A DNA stretch of 64,000 nucleotides from Lama glama (taxonomy: Eukaryota), in NCBI GenBank assembly GCA_028534125.1, contig CM052816.1, forward strand, positions 12,588,001 to 12,652,000, given 5' to 3'. The notes beneath the pieces are model-generated. The model searched no databases. It saw only the letters and a program-made list of their open reading frames with translations, and was not told the DNA's origin. Position 1 is the first letter of the stretch. Each line of letters opens with the position of its first letter. A program made the position numbers and the translations under genes. Below are positions 27,427 to 40,500 of the stretch, in pieces.

Positions 27427-27471
<45 letters not shown>
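27427..27471. repeat. (TA)n microsatellite
   Basis: Directly visible, ~22 units. Confidence 0.97.
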
Positions 27472-27473
<2 letters not shown>

Positions 27474-28343
27474 TTAACATATTGAGGCACTTGGGGGCAA
27501 TCACAGAGATCGCCCCTTTCTGCCCACATACTGGCACTTTTCTTGCTGCCAAGTCCATTCAGGGATGCCACGGACCTAGGAAGAAACTACCCGAATCATC
27601 TCCTACAAGGAATTGTGCTCAGGCAGTAGGTCTTGCTTGGCATGAGAGTGGAAACAGTATAATAGGGTATTTTACTAACATGCTTACATCACGGTTATGT
27701 TGAGCCTAGTGGTCAGAGCACAGCATCTTAAAGAGATTAGACAAAAATGGTAGCCATCATCCCTGCCCATCATCAGCATCATCACCATCCGATATCTGCC
27801 CCAGTAGAGGTCTAAACTGACTTCATGATGAAGCCTTAGACTGAGATTGTGTTCTGCATTTAAATAATAAATTAAGAAGCTCAAGTCTTAAGAACACTCC
27901 CTTTGGGATACAAAGTCACCTGATCCACAACTATTAAAAAGTGTCTTATGTACGAAAATCACTGAAAAAAAAGTAATACGATGCCTTGAGAATATTCTAC
28001 ATATAAAGACAGAAGAGAATATTTACTGACAAGTCTTGATCATGGCATGGAGAGAAAGGACTTGAAAGCAGAAATAATGAAAGCAAGAGGAAAAGAGAGC
28101 ATTTAAGATGGAAAAGACAGAAAAACATCACAGAAAGAGGAGGGGGGTGTGGTGAAAACCAAACCGCCACCGTTTTGCCTTCACTGTTGTGTGGCTCCAT
28201 CGTGAATGTACTAACATCACATTTCTATGGGTCATGAAAATTGAAGTTGTTGTTGGTAACTTTTCAAGGACTCAGGAGAAAGAGAGCTGGAATCATTCAA
28301 GACAGATGCCTTCCCTCCTGTTTTCCTTTAAAAAACACACCCT

Positions 28344-28468
28344 GTTTTTTGGTGGGGTGGTAATTAGGTTTATTTATTTATTCTTAATGGAGGTACTGGG
28401 GATTAAACCCAGGACCTCATAAATGCTAGGCATGCACTCTACCACTGACCTATATACCCTCCCCTCCT
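28344..28468 (-). mobile_element. tRNA-Ala-derived SINE, camelid vic-1-like, full length with TSD
   Basis: Minus strand ggggagggtatataggtcagtggtagagtgcatgcctagcat...gaggtcctgggtttaatccccagtacctcca (A/B boxes) followed by an aataaataaataaacctaattacc tail. The 13-bp direct repeats aaaaacacaccct lie at 28331-28343 and 28469-28481. Confidence 0.88.
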
Positions 28469-31400
28469 AAAAACACACCCTCTTATTGAAAGTTTTAAAA
28501 GCAACGTTGGGTAAGTTGACTTTAAAGTGGCCAGAACCACACATTCCCTCCCAACGTAAGGTCATGCAGCCGAACTCTAAATGAGAAATCATTTCTGGAT
28601 CTACTTTTCTCTAACACCCCAACTCAATCAACCATCTTAAAGATTCCACACTGTGTACATAAATTAGAGACTTTTGTGGAAACAACCCTTTAAATTTAAG
28701 GAAACCAAGTAAAGGGGAAAAAAAGTTAAAAAAAAAAAAAGAGCCGCACATTTAAGCAGTAATCCATTGAAAAGGTGGTGAATCGGCATCTCTGTCTACA
28801 ATTTACAGAACTCAAGGTTTATGTTTTTGGATCTTATGACAAACTCCCTACTTGTAGCCACGTTATCACAGTTTTATTAAAGGCAAATGCCTTTGAATCT
28901 GAATGCTTTCAGGCATTTGTTTGAAGCAACTCACTCAGGAGTAGAATTAAAGAAATGTGCATAATCTTCTCCAACCAAGAACAACCTTCCCGCTCTCTAG
29001 GGCATGGGGAGGTGTCTCTGAATAAGAGGTTCATTTATTTCCCTGCACTTGTGATTTTCTTCCTAAATGGTGTGACTAGCGCTTCAGTATCTGGTTCAAT
29101 ATCAGAACTTCTCTTTTCCAAATTACTTAGCTTGCACTTCGCTTACAGGTGGCTCAAGCAGGCTTTCTCTCATGTTTATGGCATTGCCTTCTACATAGCA
29201 CTGGGAGAGAAAAGAGACGTAATTATTTAGCTAGTCGGGTGCGAAAGGAGGAAAAGTACCTTCTCGTTGTTTTAAAGCAATTAAAATACTTTGCGAGGCA
29301 ATCCTAGGACAGACATTTCTTTTTGATGTTCCTATAGCATGCACATTTTCTTGGTTGCTGGTAAGTGAATCATAATCTGTAGTATCTCACATACTGTATT
29401 TTGGTGTGTAAGCCATGTGGACAAACACATTTCTTACTGTGCTATTGAACACACACAAACACCTGTTGACTTTAACTGTTCATTGTTCTGCATTAATTAA
29501 ACAGTTAAGATTACCTGATATTGACCATCAATTTCAGGTTCACATGAAGATTAAATGGGGCAAGAATCCAACCCGTTAATAACTGACAGGTCTCCCAATT
29601 TCCCCTTGGAAAATGTGGAAGAACATTAGGCAAACAGAGGAAGAGGTCTCTCCCCATGACTGTCAACCACCATATGCAATGTATTCATTTCTTGCTGTTC
29701 ATTTCATATTATGATGTGGACCCAGGCCAAGTGACTCTGTATTATCCTTTGGTTATTAGAAGAGTCTGATTAATTGGAGTTAATTCCTTGGCTCTAAGAA
29801 GTTTGTCAGTATCTACTAAATCTGTATTTTTCCTATAGATATTTTTATTACCCAGGGGAAGTTGAGTTCCACGGAGAAGAGCATCTGTTGGTTGGCTGGG
29901 CTTTTTGAGGATGGGGTGGGTGTGTTCCAGGGGACCAGGCTGCCCCTTCGGATCTGGCAGGCCGGCAGTGGCCCCAGCCCTCCGCACCCTCGGCAATGCA
30001 TGCAGTGGCTTGGTGCTCGCAGTCGGTTGACTGGCAAGGCTCGGAGCATCGCTGCATACGGTCAACTCCCTGCTTTAGAGCACCTCCCACAGTTTTGGCC
30101 CATTAACCCGACCACAACAGCTTGATGAATTAATGCTTATCTAGGCACAGTTGGCAGCTTCTAATTAAATAATTATGGATAAGCAGCTGCACAGAGGCTG
30201 TTATGCACCCTAGAAAGCCAGCTGTGTGTTTTTTCAGTCCTCAGACAGAGGAAGAGTTAACACAGAGCTCTGGATGTTGGGTGCAAAGGCCAAGTGTATC
30301 ATACGCAATATATGTGCCGTGCAACACCAAGTTGCTGGATGTTTGTGCTAGCCTGTCCACGGAGTGATGGAGAGCTAGCTGTTCCTTGGCTGCTCTCAGC
30401 CAACCAACACAGAAGGAAGCAATCGTATGATCAGGAGGACAGAGTGTTATATGGATGAGACTTTGATGAACACAGAAATGTCACTGAGCTAGCAGGCAGA
30501 TTCTCTCAGGTCTGGATCTCACTGAGATAAGCAAGTGGTTAGAAATCTAGTGTGATCTTTTTGAGGGGGTATGGGTATGGCTGGTATGTTTGATTTGACT
30601 GAAGCTTCTTAAGATGCTGTTTTCAAATATTAGAAATTGGAGAACAAGGTAAATATCACAAACCTAGATTTAAACTCTAAAATACATTTTTTTTTCCTCA
30701 AAAAGTCAGAAGATATTTGTCCTGCAGAATCACAGATAAGGTCAGATTCCTTTCTAGAAAGCTAAAAACCTAGTCTTATCTCTAAACCAGGGAAAAACTG
30801 ACCAGAAGGAAGAGAGCAGAATTTGGCGACTAAGCTCCAAGATACAGGAAGGTAGAGATCATCGATAAAGACCATCGATGGGGATGTTGGACCGAATAAC
30901 AGAGCTTGTTACAACACATCGGCATGCTGCTGAACTGACAGCTGATTTGATTTTCCTCCACAGGCTGTTCTTTCTACACCATCCATGTGTCTCCACTTCT
31001 CAAAACCGACTGTGTGAGAAGCCAGGACAGAACAACTTGGCTGCCCACTGGCCTTGTCACCAAGGTTCCCAGCACCATCTCCAAATGAATAGACACAACT
31101 GGAGGCGAAAATCAGCCCAAGAAAGTCAATCATATCTTTATATTTGAAGACAATTAGGTACTTTAAATCCTCAAAATTTACGGGTTTCCCTTAAAATAAG
31201 AACAGAGGAATACTGGAAGCATGTTTCATATGGAATTCACTTTCCCCCAACTCCCAGACCTGCTGAAAAGCAGCAGATAATCCAGCACGAAACTTTGCAG
31301 ACTGAGTTACTGTTCCCCCTTCAAAGATCAATGGCTAATAGTTTATTTAGAATAATGCCATTTCTTTAAAACAAGGCATCCGGTACAGTAAACCGTCATT

Positions 31401-32093
31401 TAAATAAGTGGGAATTCTTCCTTAAAAAGCTTCAGTACAATTGTTTCCTTTTTTCCCCCTCTTCTGGTTCCCTTTGATGTCAGTGATTCCATCACCTCAG
31501 CTCTCTGAAGATGACTGCCTGTGACTGACAATTCTCAAGGATCTCATTCGTTTTAGATGAATCCTAAATGAAGGTCAGCTTAATTAAGTCTGCTGTGCAC
31601 CTCAAGTCTCAGAACACAATGCTAAGGAATCGAATCACAGCTCTGTGAAGCCTATGAAAACACATTTCCGAGGTGGGGGTGGGGGTGGCAGGGAAAGGGG
31701 GGTCTTTCATCAGTCTACACTGCCATCTAGCCAAGATCACGTCATTCCGTGCAACCCTCATTTCTGCGTTCAACGCCCCTGATGACAGCCAGTCTTCAGC
31801 AACCAGCTTACTACACCCTGAAGTTCAGATGAAAGACTAAACAGCAGCATTTGATCCACCAAGCCAAGCAGCCTCCCGTGGACCAACAGTCACGTTCTCA
31901 TCATCACCTTATCTCCACAATTCAAGTGTCTGGCAAACAGACATGCATGTCTGTATTCATTCCACACACCACCTACGCCAACATCATGTGCATCTTGTGC
32001 CTTTACATATTCTGTGACTTTACTGGAAAAACAAAAGTTGCTTTAGGTAAAATGTGAGAGCTGATTATAACCGAATCCTCTAGCTATATGTCA

Positions 32094-33361
<1,268 letters not shown>

Positions 33362-33731
33362 CTGAAGGAAAAGAGAGAAAATTATTTCCTCAATCCCAGC
33401 ATGAGTCAGAAAAAGAGAGACCGCTGGAGAGAGGAGAGGGAGGGAGAGGGAGGGAGGGAGGCAGGATGGGAGGGAGGGAGGGAGAGATTATTTTACATAA
33501 GCAGCCCTGGAATGACTGATTTCAGCCATTCTTCAACTAAATTGTAGCTGCTCTCAAGCTATTCTGTGTCTACAAATTTATCCATATCCCTCAGTCTTCC
33601 AGCATTTAGTGTGAAAACCATTTCTATTTTTATTTCTGCATTAAAAAGGAATATGCAATTTGCAACTGCTAAAAGGGAATTTTTTTTTTTTCCCCAGCTG
33701 GACAGGAAAAGCAATAAGCCTCAGAACTTAC
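33362..33731 (-). other. KCTD16: Candidate 370-nt 5'UTR intron linking a CpG-island-proximal non-coding exon to the coding exon
   Basis: Perfect donor AAG|GTAAGT (plus strand acttacctt, 33726-33734) upstream of the acceptor at 33362. The 5' end of the upstream exon cannot be defined from sequence alone. Confidence 0.55.
33425..33487. repeat. Purine-rich (GGGA)n-like low-complexity tract
   Basis: ggagagaggagagggagggagagggagggagggaggcaggatgggagggagggagggagag. Confidence 0.9.
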
Positions 33732-34159
33732 CTTAATGAATGCTGGACACACAGCTCTTGTGGAGAGATACCCATTTGCAAAGCAGTCGGAATCCACAGT
33801 CACACACACAGTCTCGGAGCTTGTCAGATCCCAAAGAGGTAAAGGACAGAGGTATCAGTGAAAAGTGCCAGAGAGATGTGCTCTTAAAAATAATTTTTTA
33901 CATATATAAATATTTATATAAATGTATATTTGCGTCTACGTATGTATAGAGTCACTCTCTATCTCAAGTTAAAACAAGTCACAAAAAAGTTAAACCGTGA
34001 TGAGAAGTGGTTGGATTGAAGCAGCAGAGCAGAGAAAACTCAACCAAAGCGTCTCCAGGAAAAAAAAAAATTAAACCTTTGGAAAGAATCCTTAACACAG
34101 AAGAGAGTTGTAAGAGGTACCGGGACTTAGAAGCTTTTCAGAAAGCCCAGCAGCAGAAA

Positions 34160-34660
34160 GAAAGACGGCGGTGCCCTGCTGGGGTCCCAGGCAGCCACCC
34201 CGCCTGCCGGCAAGGGCAGGCGGGCTCCCATGTTCCCAGCCGGGCGGGAGCCGCGGCCGCCGCAGCGCGGAGATGCCGGCGGGGGGCTCGGCTCCGGCTT
34301 CTCCGGCGGCGGAGCTGGGTGGTTCCACGGTTCCCGGTGCAGTTCGGATGCTGTTGTCTCAGCAGTGCAGGCAGGAGCCCATCCAGGGAAGTGACTATTA
34401 CATCATCTTAAAGGAATATGGCTTGGAGAAAGCGGAGGCGGCTCGGAGTCACGTCCTCCTCGGTGGCAGGTCGCCGGGGCGGCACGGGCGACGCCGCGCG
34501 CCGGCCGTGGGCGCGCGACTCCCGGGCGCTCGGGGCTTGGGGCGGGGACGCGGCGCCGCGCGGCCACGTCCCTCCCCGTCCCGGCCGGGAGTCTGGAGTT
34601 TCCGAGGGCCTTTGCTCTGCCCCTTCCTCTCGTCGTTAGACCTCCGCCGCCGCCGCCACC
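34160..34660. promoter_or_regulatory. CpG island, probable (proximal/alternative) KCTD16 promoter
   Basis: Very GC- and CpG-dense segment in an otherwise CpG-depleted window, ~1.1-1.6 kb upstream of the ATG. Contains a GC box ggggcgggg at 34539-34547, a CRE/E-box-like gtcacgtc at 34448-34455 and a short (CCG)4 at ~34644-34655. Confidence 0.85.
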
Positions 34661-35798
34661 AAACCCCAGAAGCAACCCCCACCCCCCAGCCCAGCAGTGT
34701 GAGGAACACAGAGATTTCTCATTAAAAAAAAATTAACAAACCCTTTGCTCGAGCACTGAATTTTTGCCGAAGGGCAAATTTTCCCTCTAATGATGCCAAA
34801 AAAAAAAAAAAAGGCACACTCAATGACCCCAATGTGGCTTTTTGTTCTTCAATCAAAGAAGATGAAATTATGTTCTCGCTAATGCCCTCCTGTTTTTTTT
34901 CCTTCTTCTCCATCCCTCTGCCACCCACACCCCAGCAAATAAATAAATAATAAATAGACAAATACATACATGCATACATACAGTCTCTCTGGAATTAATG
35001 ATGCTCTTTCGAAAGAATACGCGAAGCACTGGTACCCTCGGAAAACCCAGGGTTTATATCAGTAAGTCAGTGTCTTAGCTTCCCTGGAAGAAGCTGTTAC
35101 CTGCAACCTTTTGCTGGGGCTGTTTCCTCACTCAGCGTCTCTTTGGATGTGCCCCTGCCCCCTCCCATCTCATCCCAAGAGGATGCTGGTGGAAGACACG
35201 CCTGCTAAGAGACATTTTACTCTTGTCCCAGAGGGTTCCCTTAAGTGCATCATTAGAGTTTCAGGAAGGCATTTCCAGGGCAACCTAATCCACTAACAAA
35301 GTGCTTCCAGTTGATCCTGCCAGTCAGTAATGGCCCAGCCAACGGCTTACAGTAAGTCAGCCATTTCCCCTTTAAAACACCAATGTCTTAGGACTCACAT
35401 TCCTCATGAGACATAGTACTTCATCTACAAATAATATATGTAAGGCACCCTCCGTTCCAAACAATTGCTATTTTTTTAAAAAGTGAAAACCAAAAACGGA
35501 GAGGGAAGTATACATTAGATACATTTCATGGGAGACGTGTTTATTGCCAACTCTTGCCCCAAGAATTAGCTTGAAGACAGATTCAGCAGAAGCATAAATT
35601 AATTTCTAATTTAACAGTCTTTTCTTTCACGAAGTATCAGGTTACTGAACATATTCGGAGTATTAGCTAACACTCCAACACCTGATTATATTTGACTTTG
35701 TTTTCTTTAACTAATGTGTTAACCTGTTTCGGCCTCAATCATTGGGATTTTAACGCTGGACCGATCAAGGAAATGTTTATTATTTGACGCGCTCATAT

Positions 35799-35830
35799 TG
35801 CCATCTAGTGTCCAAAAGCTATTGGTGCAG
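35799..35830 (-). promoter_or_regulatory. CTCF motif with upstream module
   Basis: Minus strand CTGCA-ccaatagcttt-TGGACACTAGATGGCA matches the CTCF core plus a TGCA-type upstream motif at the usual spacing. Confidence 0.6.
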
Positions 35831-37269
35831 CTCTGTATCTGGCCACTTACCTGAGCCAGAAGTTAGGTTTTTCCTTTATTTTAAAGGTTTTATAGTGGTT
35901 TGAGTATTACCGGAAATACTCCGTTCACTGAGATGACAAAGTAAGTATTTAGTTTCCCATCTAGTCAAGGGAAAAATAAGTCTGAATCTATACCAGTTAA
36001 GTAGTGGGTTTGGTTGTAGTTAAGAGCAAATTGTTTTATGTCTAACAGAGTGGGCCAGTACCCCATGATGATAGCTCTGGAGACTGGATATTAAAATAGT
36101 TTGGGGACAGTCTGGAAGGAAGTGGAGAGTGGGAGAAAGAAAAAACACAGCCTTTTAAAGCTAAAAGGAGCCTGAGAAATGGAATCACCGTCTCATCTTA
36201 GAGATACAGAAACTGAGTACCAGAAGGGGAAGCTACTTCCACGGGGTCACACAGCTGGAGTAGCAGGTAGAGTTTAGACCACTGCCATTTCACTATGACC
36301 AATGTCCTGTTTGTAACCTTATGGATTCTAGAATAAAGATGGAGAGGTGGCAAATAAAGAAAACAAGAAGAATTGCAAGATTATTACACATTTGTAAAAA
36401 AAAAAAGAAAAGCAAGTCACTTAAAAGAGTTTAATATTACATTAAATTGCAAGGCTAAAATATTTTTTACAATTTAGAAGAAGAGTATTCTGAATTTCAA
36501 AAGGAGGAGCTCTGTTCATTGGTCTGGGTTTTATCGGTTAGGCTATTTTTGAGATAAGTAGCGCTTAATATTTTTGGAGGAAGGATTTCTTGGAGAATCT
36601 TAGGAAATCTAGAAAATAAACACACAAGCGTGAAGGTCTGCATTCAATGCCGGGGACAGAGCATCTCAGGAAAGGCTGAGTAAAGAGAGGAACCAGGGAG
36701 ATCACGTGGCCAGGGAGTCACACTCCAAGAAATCCCCAAATTTTGACTATGAACCTTCCTTTTGAAATGAGATTATACACACGCTCACGGAGACACAATC
36801 TTGAAAAAAAAATCATTTGCCAGACGACCTTGTGACCCTTGTGTAACCTTGTGACCCACAGTTGGGCCACACTGCCTGAAATGCACTTGGACTCGGTATT
36901 TTTAAATAAACACTGCAAATATCCTAGGCTTTTTGCACATTTGTATGGCTGTATATTGTTTTGTGCTGAAAATGTTCATTTATTATAATTAACTATTAAA
37001 AATGAACAACTGTTTTGCTTGCTAGCCCTCTTTAGGCATATTTACTTCTTAATCTACCTGTAGCCTCAGGAAATTGAGAGGGTCTGGATCTCTTATTGCG
37101 AGGTCAGGGGTTTGGTTCAAGATTGGCCCGGAACCTATTAATTGGGGTCTGTGGACCCCAGGCTAACATCCTCTGATCTGTACTCTTTCTTGTTCCTTTA
37201 GTCTGGAGGATGCAAAGGATTGAGAAGTGAGATTAAAGAGAGAAAAGGGGAGAACTGAGACTAAAGAGA

Positions 37270-37592
37270 AAAAAAAGGGGACACTAATGAACTCATCTAC
37301 AAAACAGGAACAGGCTCGCAGACATAGTAAACAATCCTATGGTTACCGGGGGAAAAGGGGTGGGAAGGGATAAATTTGGGAGTTTGAGATTTGCAAACGT
37401 TAACCACTATATATAAAAATAGATTTAAAAAAAAACAAATGTCTTCTGTATAGCACAGAGAACTTTAGTCAATTTCTTTTAATTACCTTTAATGAAAAAG
37501 AATATGAAAACAAATACATGTATGTATATGCATGACTGGGACATTGTGCTGTACACCAGAAATGTAACTGACTGTACTTCAATTTAAAAAAA
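37270..37592 (+). mobile_element. Younger artiodactyl/camelid-type L1 3'UTR with A-tail
   Basis: gacactaatgaactcatctacaaaacag...ggttaccgggggaaaaggggtgggaagggataaatttgggagtttgagat...tgtatagcacag...tgctgtacaccagaaa...actgactgtacttcaatttaaaaaaa. Homologous to 23010-23170. Confidence 0.9.
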
Positions 37593-40500
37593 GAGAGAGA
37601 GATTAATCTTGGAGGAACCAAAGCAGTGTACCATTTAGAGAGATTTCAATAGTGCTAGAGTAAGCGAGTGTGTCTCAGGGTGTCTCAGGGAGGTTGTCAG
37701 GAAGCCCAGCTATTTGGTGCCTGAACAAGAGGCAAGAAGCCAAGTCGAGGCTGTAAGTGTATTCCTGTCCTTCGTGTCAGCAGATAACGCTGCTAGCGTT
37801 ATTCCTCTCTCCTGACAGCTCTCCGCTGAAACACCGTGGGATGCCACACTCGGCCCGAAGGCTGAACATACAGCAACAGATTTCTCTTGAGGGAAGAGCA
37901 AGGCAGAACGCTCCACCCCGTTCCTGGTGGTGTGCAAGCCTCCCGCACAGCAAGACACGCCGTGGGTAAATTGTGGAATGGATGAAATGTGTCTTAGCGT
38001 CTGTTTCCTGATCCCCCATGTTCACACACCCCCACAGCTGAATACTGAAGAGTATATTCTCAAAAGGACTGTTTTAATTTGGGAATAATGTGATCACTTC
38101 CCGCCTCCTCACCCTCTAATGCATCCCTAAGTCTCCTGCCCCCTCCAGTAGAGATAGCTTTTATGCTGACTGTCTCTGTCATCAAGGAGGGAACTGATCT
38201 CATAAACTTACTCACACTAAGATGCTGTGCACTCATTTGTGTTACCTACCCCAAGGACTCCTGAATTATCACCATCATCTTAATAGCAACTGTTTATGGA
38301 GGGCCAGCCGTGAAGTCCTCACAAAGTCATTATCTCTCTCCCAGCTCTCCCTGACTGGTGGTGTAACACTGAATGGGAGACTCAGTGTCTCTGAGTCAGG
38401 GGAAAATGGAGATAATGAGACCTGCCTCCCAGGTGTGCTGTGCAGGTTAGATACCAACCTTATGTTAAGACCCCAGCACATTTCCTAGCTCTGGGTGAGT
38501 GCGCAGTAAACACCGCTAGTGTTCGTGCTTGTGGTAGAAACAGCCATATTTGTTGCTGTCAGACAGGTTGAGGCATGAAGAAGTTACAAAAGATGCCCAA
38601 AGATTGAAATTCAGTTCTACGTCCAAAATCTTTGCTCTTTCCACTATGCGGTTTTAGATAAAGGTCATCGCTTGTTATAAATATATTTATTAATAATGGG
38701 GAGATTTCAGGCTTTGGTGGGGAGGATGGGTGGCAGAATGGCGGACAAAGAATAATCAATACCACAAGGGTTAAAAATAAAAACTCCATGATCATCTGTC
38801 AGACAAGGTTGCATTCCTGGTACCTTTTTCACCCATTCCACGTGGATTTACTAACTACCGGTATTGTGTCCAGGGCTAGGTACTTACGACACAAAGCTGA
38901 ATTCAATACAATCTCTGAACTCAGACGCTCACATACAAACACACACTCATACCCCAAATCATAGCAATGGAAGACAAAGATGAAAAAGTTCTAGATTCTT
39001 GAGCACTGCCTCTTACTTGCAGAAAGATGTCTGCTACTGTTTTCAGCTTTTGGTCCTACATAGTTCACATATGATTTGGACAAACCACTTAACCTCAGGT
39101 GGCCTCTGCTTCCATACCTACGAAGTGACGCTGTCTCCCCTTATGGAGATGCTGTGACTGATGGCAAAAGAAAGATAGAACACAGCTGCTAAATCCTTCA
39201 GAGACATACTAGGGAGTAATTGCCTGTGTAAGAATCTGAGGAAGGAGGCAGCAAACAGCGATGTCTTGTTGAAATAACGCCTCACAAGAAACAATTTGGA
39301 TTAGACTTGCAGAACTGTAAAGCTGGAATGGCAGACCCTTTGAGGGCACCCTCCATAGCCTCAGATCCACCTGAAAGTTGGGGATAATAGCAGACATTCA
39401 GGCCGGTCACTCACCTCGCAGTCTCTCCCTGCGAACGCTCTTGAACTCTCTTTCCAAAATACGAATAAGAGCAGAAGCTGTTCATACCCCCAGGGAGCCT
39501 CTGACAACAGAAGTCTGCAGAGGAAATTTCTTCCAGGTGAATGGTCATTTTGAGATCTGTGGGGTTTTTTTTTTAACATTTTATGCTAATCTAAAAAGAG
39601 AGTAAGTACTGCTCTTCAGGTTTGAAGGTGACACCTTTTAGGTTTCTCTTCAAAATAAGGTAGCTTTTCTGGAACAAATGGTCAAAGTCAGGAGCACATA
39701 ATTTGCTCATGGAAGTTGTGTGGCGCCAACTCCACATATGTGTTTTGAAGCTGTGGTCTCATCAGCATGAAACCTCACCCACAGAAAAACACTCGTCCTT
39801 AAAATGGATTGGTGAGTGAGGGGGAGGAAAGAAAATAGCTGCCTAGACATCCAACAATCGCTTCCACAAACACACGGGCAGTATTTTAGGCACCGCCATA
39901 AAAAACAAAAGGCCTTGCACTGCCTCCTCTGCACTCCTACTTTGAGCATCCTCCTTAACCATCTTGTGTGGTTCACAGTATGATACCCATGCTCATTGCA
40001 TCTGTTGCATTAGACGTGTTGGCACCGTCCTTAGTATGTTTGCAACATATCTCTTGGTAAAGGAGTAGCGCAATTTGTAAGCCAATAATTGCCAGCCTTT
40101 TATCTTCCACCCAGGAAACCCACTTTTCAAATGACATCTTTGTCGCCTTTCCAAAATATGCAATAGATACAAGTAGTGTCAAATCAGAAAGCGTTTAGGT
40201 GTTAAGTTCAAAAACACTTATTTACCTAAAAAGCAATCAGTCAGAAATTGCAATAACACGTCAGTGGCCGTCAGAGTGCATTTTAATGTTTTTCTTAATA
40301 GTTTTATACGTGCTTAAATGGAAATGTATTGAAACTCCCTGAAGCAACTTGCAGGAAACAGAGTTTGAAAATCCTAGTTATAATGAGAAGGAACAGGGTT
40401 GAGCGTCAGGCAGAGCAAGGTTCGAAAGAGGCACCTACCAGCTGTATGATCATGAACTCATCACTGTACCTCTCTGAAGATACTCTCCTCATGTGTATAT

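Noticed and set aside
28385..28466. tRNA-Ala-like sequence
   Set aside because: It is degenerate and has a SINE tail and TSD, so it is a SINE head rather than a tRNA gene.
34007..34725. Several 73-184 aa Arg/Gly/Pro/Ala-rich ORFs
   Set aside because: Stop codons are depleted in a GC-rich CpG island, and the translations are low-complexity with no homology that I recognise.
37670..37690. Short tandem duplication (tgtctcaggg)x2 and similar 10-11 nt duplications (e.g. ~43928-43948)
   Set aside because: These are ordinary slippage duplications with no further structure.
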